Assembly: GCA_026025795.1 (NCBI GenBank)
Contig: JAPEUG010000153.1
Location: 1-35,720 of the forward strand
Source of the DNA: Thelocarpon superellum
Lineage: Eukaryota
Direction of reading: 5' to 3'
Length of the DNA stretch: 35,720 nt
The notes below the pieces were generated by a model, which was given only the letters and a program-made list of their open reading frames with translations, was not told the DNA's origin and made no database searches. Positions 33,972 to 35,720 of this stretch are shown here, in pieces (position 1 is the stretch's first letter; each line of letters starts with the position of its first letter). The translations under genes and the position numbers were made by a program.

Positions 33972-34168
33972 GCCGGATTTACTCATCTGCACGGACAGGC
34001 GTAATGGCGTTGGGCCTTTGGCAGCTTCAGTTATAGTTGGCATTTTCAGTTGATACCCTCGAGTTGAGCTGTAGAATCGAATGCCATCCCTTGCCTAGGA
34101 CATCGATGATGACTTTAGTGCATACATCTTGTAAGTGAAGAATTGGTGATGTTAGTCGGCCTCTTCTC

Positions 34169-34198
34169 GGGGGCCGGGGGCCGGGGGCCGGGGCCGGG
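34169..34198 (+). repeat. (GGGGGCC)n G-tract repeat, potential G-quadruplex
   Basis: G5-CC-G5-CC-G5-CC-G4-CC-G3, 270 bp upstream of the MED1 ATG. Confidence 0.75.
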
Positions 34199-34467
34199 AC
34201 TAGAAGACGGCGGCGGTGGCGGTAGCGCAGGGGAGCTCCGATACGCGACCACTCGCACCTGCGTCATCCCGCCCCCGGCTCCCGTCGCGTGCCGTGGATC
34301 AACAGCAACAAAGAACCCTCCTTCCTTGCCTCTGGTCAGCATCATTTACTCCCATTGGCCCGCCTAACCAAGGTGTGATTGATGCTATGCGGTCAAGATA
34401 CCGCGCTGATACCTGAGATGGTATGACCGTCTGCTGAGAATCACCTCCACTCCTCGCCGACGCCATC

Positions 34468-35720
34468 ATGGTGTCACCGGCTCCTGCCAAACAACCCGTG
34501 CACCAGGAGATGACGCCAGGCTCCTTTGCCAACCACCTGGCCGCTTTCTCTCCTCTTCCAAATGCCACTCGTTCCGTCGCACAGTCTCCTGCCTATTTCT
34601 CCAAGAAGTCTCCGGCCGCGGCCATCGCACTGCAACACCATTTTACGGGCGGCAGCAGCAACTCGGGCGGCGCTTTGGGCTTCGACTCCCCAAGCGCGGC
34701 TGCGTTGGGCATTCATCTCCATCTACCAGGTCTGGACGGCATCACCAGCAGCAACGTACGCGGGGATGAAGACGAGCGGAGACGCCGGATCGAGTCCATC
34801 CTGGACATGCTTCGCACGCGGCCCGGACGAGTGAGCGAAGAGAGTGTGGAACGGTTGGCCAAGCGGACGGGACTGGAGTATCTGTGGGAAGGTCCCGCCG
34901 GCGGGCCGCGGATGCTGAGTATCGCCGGATCTGGGGTGCTGATCGATATCGACTTCAAGCTCGGCGCCGTCTCCAAAGTCGGCATCTCCTTCCTGAAGTC
35001 GCCTGAGGCGCCCACCGTACCCGCCCCACGGGCCGCCGCGATTCTCCTTCGTGAGCTACAACCGCCTCCGGGGGTGTCGGCCATCAACGCCACCCTCACT
35101 CCATTCGCCGGACATCTCGAACGACTAGCCCGGCTCGATAAGCTGAGCTCGCCCGGATTGAATTGCTTCGAAGCCATCGCCGGGGTTCATGCTAGCTTGG
35201 CACGCGTCAATGAATGGGAGAAGCGCAAGCTGCGCGAGTCCCGCGGAGGGGACGACGACGAGCAAATTGAGCGGGAAGTGCTCTGCAAGCGGTCCGGACG
35301 ACCCGTGATGCATGCCCGAAGGAGGGTGGGGTTAAGTCTAGAATACTGGATGCAACGCAGGCTGGTGGCACCAAAGGAACACCGTCGCGACGACGTGGTC
35401 GGCGCAACCTCGTCGAACCGCGGTGGTGCGACTGTGGCCGAGAATAGCACGGCTGATGAGGAATCGGTGCTCTGGGCAGCGGTCATCGAATGCGAGCACT
35501 CGCCTGCCGGCATCTATCCATCGGTCCGCGTGTCAGAAGATTGGGTGTCGGCGCCGGTGGAGAAAGTGCCGGAGCAGAGTGACATGTTCCAGGTGACCGA
35601 AGGCCCTGTCATCGACTGGCTGGAACCCTCGCCCACTCTTCTCTCCGAATCAGGCGCCGACGCCATGGCGGTGGACTCGGGTGCGGGGAGTATCGGCAAA
35701 CTGCCGGATGTTCGATTCAT
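34468..35720 (+). CDS. med1: Mediator complex subunit Med1 (5' part; runs off the window end)
   Basis: Frame open from ATG 34468 to the window end, so it is absent from the ORF track (no stop). FDSPSAAALG...DEDERRRRIESILDMLRTRPGRVSEESVERLAKRTGLE...LSIAGSGVLIDIDF...FAGHLERLARLDKLSSPGLNCFEAIAG...SGRPVMHARRRVGLSLEYW resembles fungal Med1. Confidence 0.85.
   Translation, partial: MVSPAPAKQPVHQEMTPGSFANHLAAFSPLPNATRSVAQSPAYFSKKSPAAAIALQHHFTGGSSNSGGALGFDSPSAAALGIHLHLPGLDGITSSNVRGDEDERRRRIESILDMLRTRPGRVSEESVERLAKRTGLEYLWEGPAGGPRMLSIAGSGVLIDIDFKLGAVSKVGISFLKSPEAPTVPAPRAAAILLRELQPPPGVSAINATLTPFAGHLERLARLDKLSSPGLNCFEAIAGVHASLARVNEWEKRKLRESRGGDDDEQIEREVLCKRSGRPVMHARRRVGLSLEYWMQRRLVAPKEHRRDDVVGATSSNRGGATVAENSTADEESVLWAAVIECEHSPAGIYPSVRVSEDWVSAPVEKVPEQSDMFQVTEGPVIDWLEPSPTLLSESGADAMAVDSGAGSIGKLPDVRF

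Noticed and set aside
34100..34440. Possible spliced minus-strand transcript or C/D snoRNA (GTATCA and GTGCGA donors, GCTGACCAG, GACTAAC; ATGATGA at 34106)
   Set aside because: Branch-to-acceptor spacing does not match the other introns, there is no sensible ORF, and no D box lies within snoRNA distance.
1..35720. tRNA, rRNA, telomerase-RNA template, transposon or CRISPR signals
   Set aside because: By eye, no cloverleaf or box motifs, TAACCCTAA template, terminal repeats, transposase/RT motifs or repeat-spacer arrays; an Infernal/tRNAscan run would be needed to exclude small RNAs.

Overview
A gene-dense, GC-rich segment of a filamentous ascomycete (Pezizomycotina) nuclear genome, with short spliceosomal introns of 47-66 nt. 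Ten protein-coding genes are supported: (1) a ~1430-aa protein with an N-terminal tandem H2B/H2A-like histone fold and five C-terminal 'DFIRxxGP' repeats; (2) Orm1/ORMDL; (3) an Air1/2-like zinc-knuckle protein; (4) wetA; (5) nce102; (6) snf1; (7) an uncharacterised, probably mitochondrial protein; (8) a Dal5/ACS-family MFS transporter; (9) a GT1 sterol-glucosyltransferase-like protein; (10) the 5' part of MED1. I found no rRNA, tRNA, transposon or CRISPR. I cannot support a wholly new multi-gene system. The best leads are the SOS-like histone pseudodimer/repeat protein, an ACS transporter with both proton-coupling acids replaced by Ile, a dense AbaA/TEA (CATTCY) site cluster bracketed by a 13-bp direct repeat upstream of wetA, a VPS13/ATG2-like C-terminal tail on the glycosyltransferase, and a possible cryptic RRM in the Air-like protein. 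All family assignments are by eye from remembered motifs; no searches were run.
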